Shown: positions 63,890-64,000 of the stretch, one piece after another
Position numbering within the stretch: position 1 is the first letter of the stretch
Layout: every line of letters starts with the position of its first letter
Made by a program: the position numbers and the translations under genes
Notes under the pieces: generated by a model
Told to the model about the DNA's origin: nothing
The model's input: only the letters and a program-made list of their open reading frames with translations
Databases searched by the model: none
NCBI GenBank assembly: GCA_049513335.1
Contig: JBEKWE010000001.1
Span: forward strand, 10,870-74,869
Direction: 5' to 3'
Source of the DNA: Acidobacteriaceae bacterium
GTDB lineage: Bacteria; Acidobacteriota; Terriglobia; Terriglobales; Acidobacteriaceae
Length of the DNA: 64,000 bases

Positions 63890-64000
63890 TTATTTCTTCA
63901 GCAGCCAGAGGACGCAGGCGTGTGGTTCAAGGGTGAGGCTTTCGACGGATTTGACCTTGTTGATGGTCTTGCCGGTCCAGACGTCTTTGATGCGGTAGGT
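63890..64000 (-). CDS. C-terminus of a gene running off the window, likely alpha-galactosidase (GH27 C-terminal domain)
   Basis: TYRIKDVWTGK...LEPHACVLWLLKK* resembles the melibiase C-terminal pattern. Confidence 0.5.
   Translation of the reverse strand, partial: TYRIKDVWTGKTINKVKSVESLTLEPHACVLWLLKK

Overview
High-GC bacterial chromosomal window, most likely Acidobacteriota (Terriglobia, Granulicella/Edaphobacter-like). This assignment is inferred from protein styles, repeat families and a strong C-rich skew of the + strand, not from a search. It holds about 55 mostly housekeeping CDSs (acnA, purD, valS-nadC-birA-coaX, RlmD-like methyltransferase, comEC, glk-pgl, moaA, cysS, tsaD, cca, mog, miaA and others) and one DPP-IV/S9 peptidase pseudogene. 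I saw no rRNA, tRNA, CRISPR array, integrase or transposase. The main surprise is valS: an intact-looking EF-G domain IV (about 119 aa, the tRNA-mimic domain) is inserted in frame in the catalytic domain, next to CTCGAAC heptamer repeats. Palindromic REP-like elements and heptamer arrays that occur between genes also sit in frame inside valS, tsaD (4 copies), cca, birA and a hypothetical gene. valS and the RlmD-like gene also carry short patches with aberrant codon usage. Together these suggest a repeat-associated process that remodels loops of translation-related proteins. Other points: many candidate leaderless genes, a symmetric bidirectional tsaD/cca promoter, an Arg-rich uORF before acnA, a membrane-anchored ACP-like protein, an orphan GvpL/F gene, and a REP-mosaic cassette driving a Cys/His zinc-finger protein.
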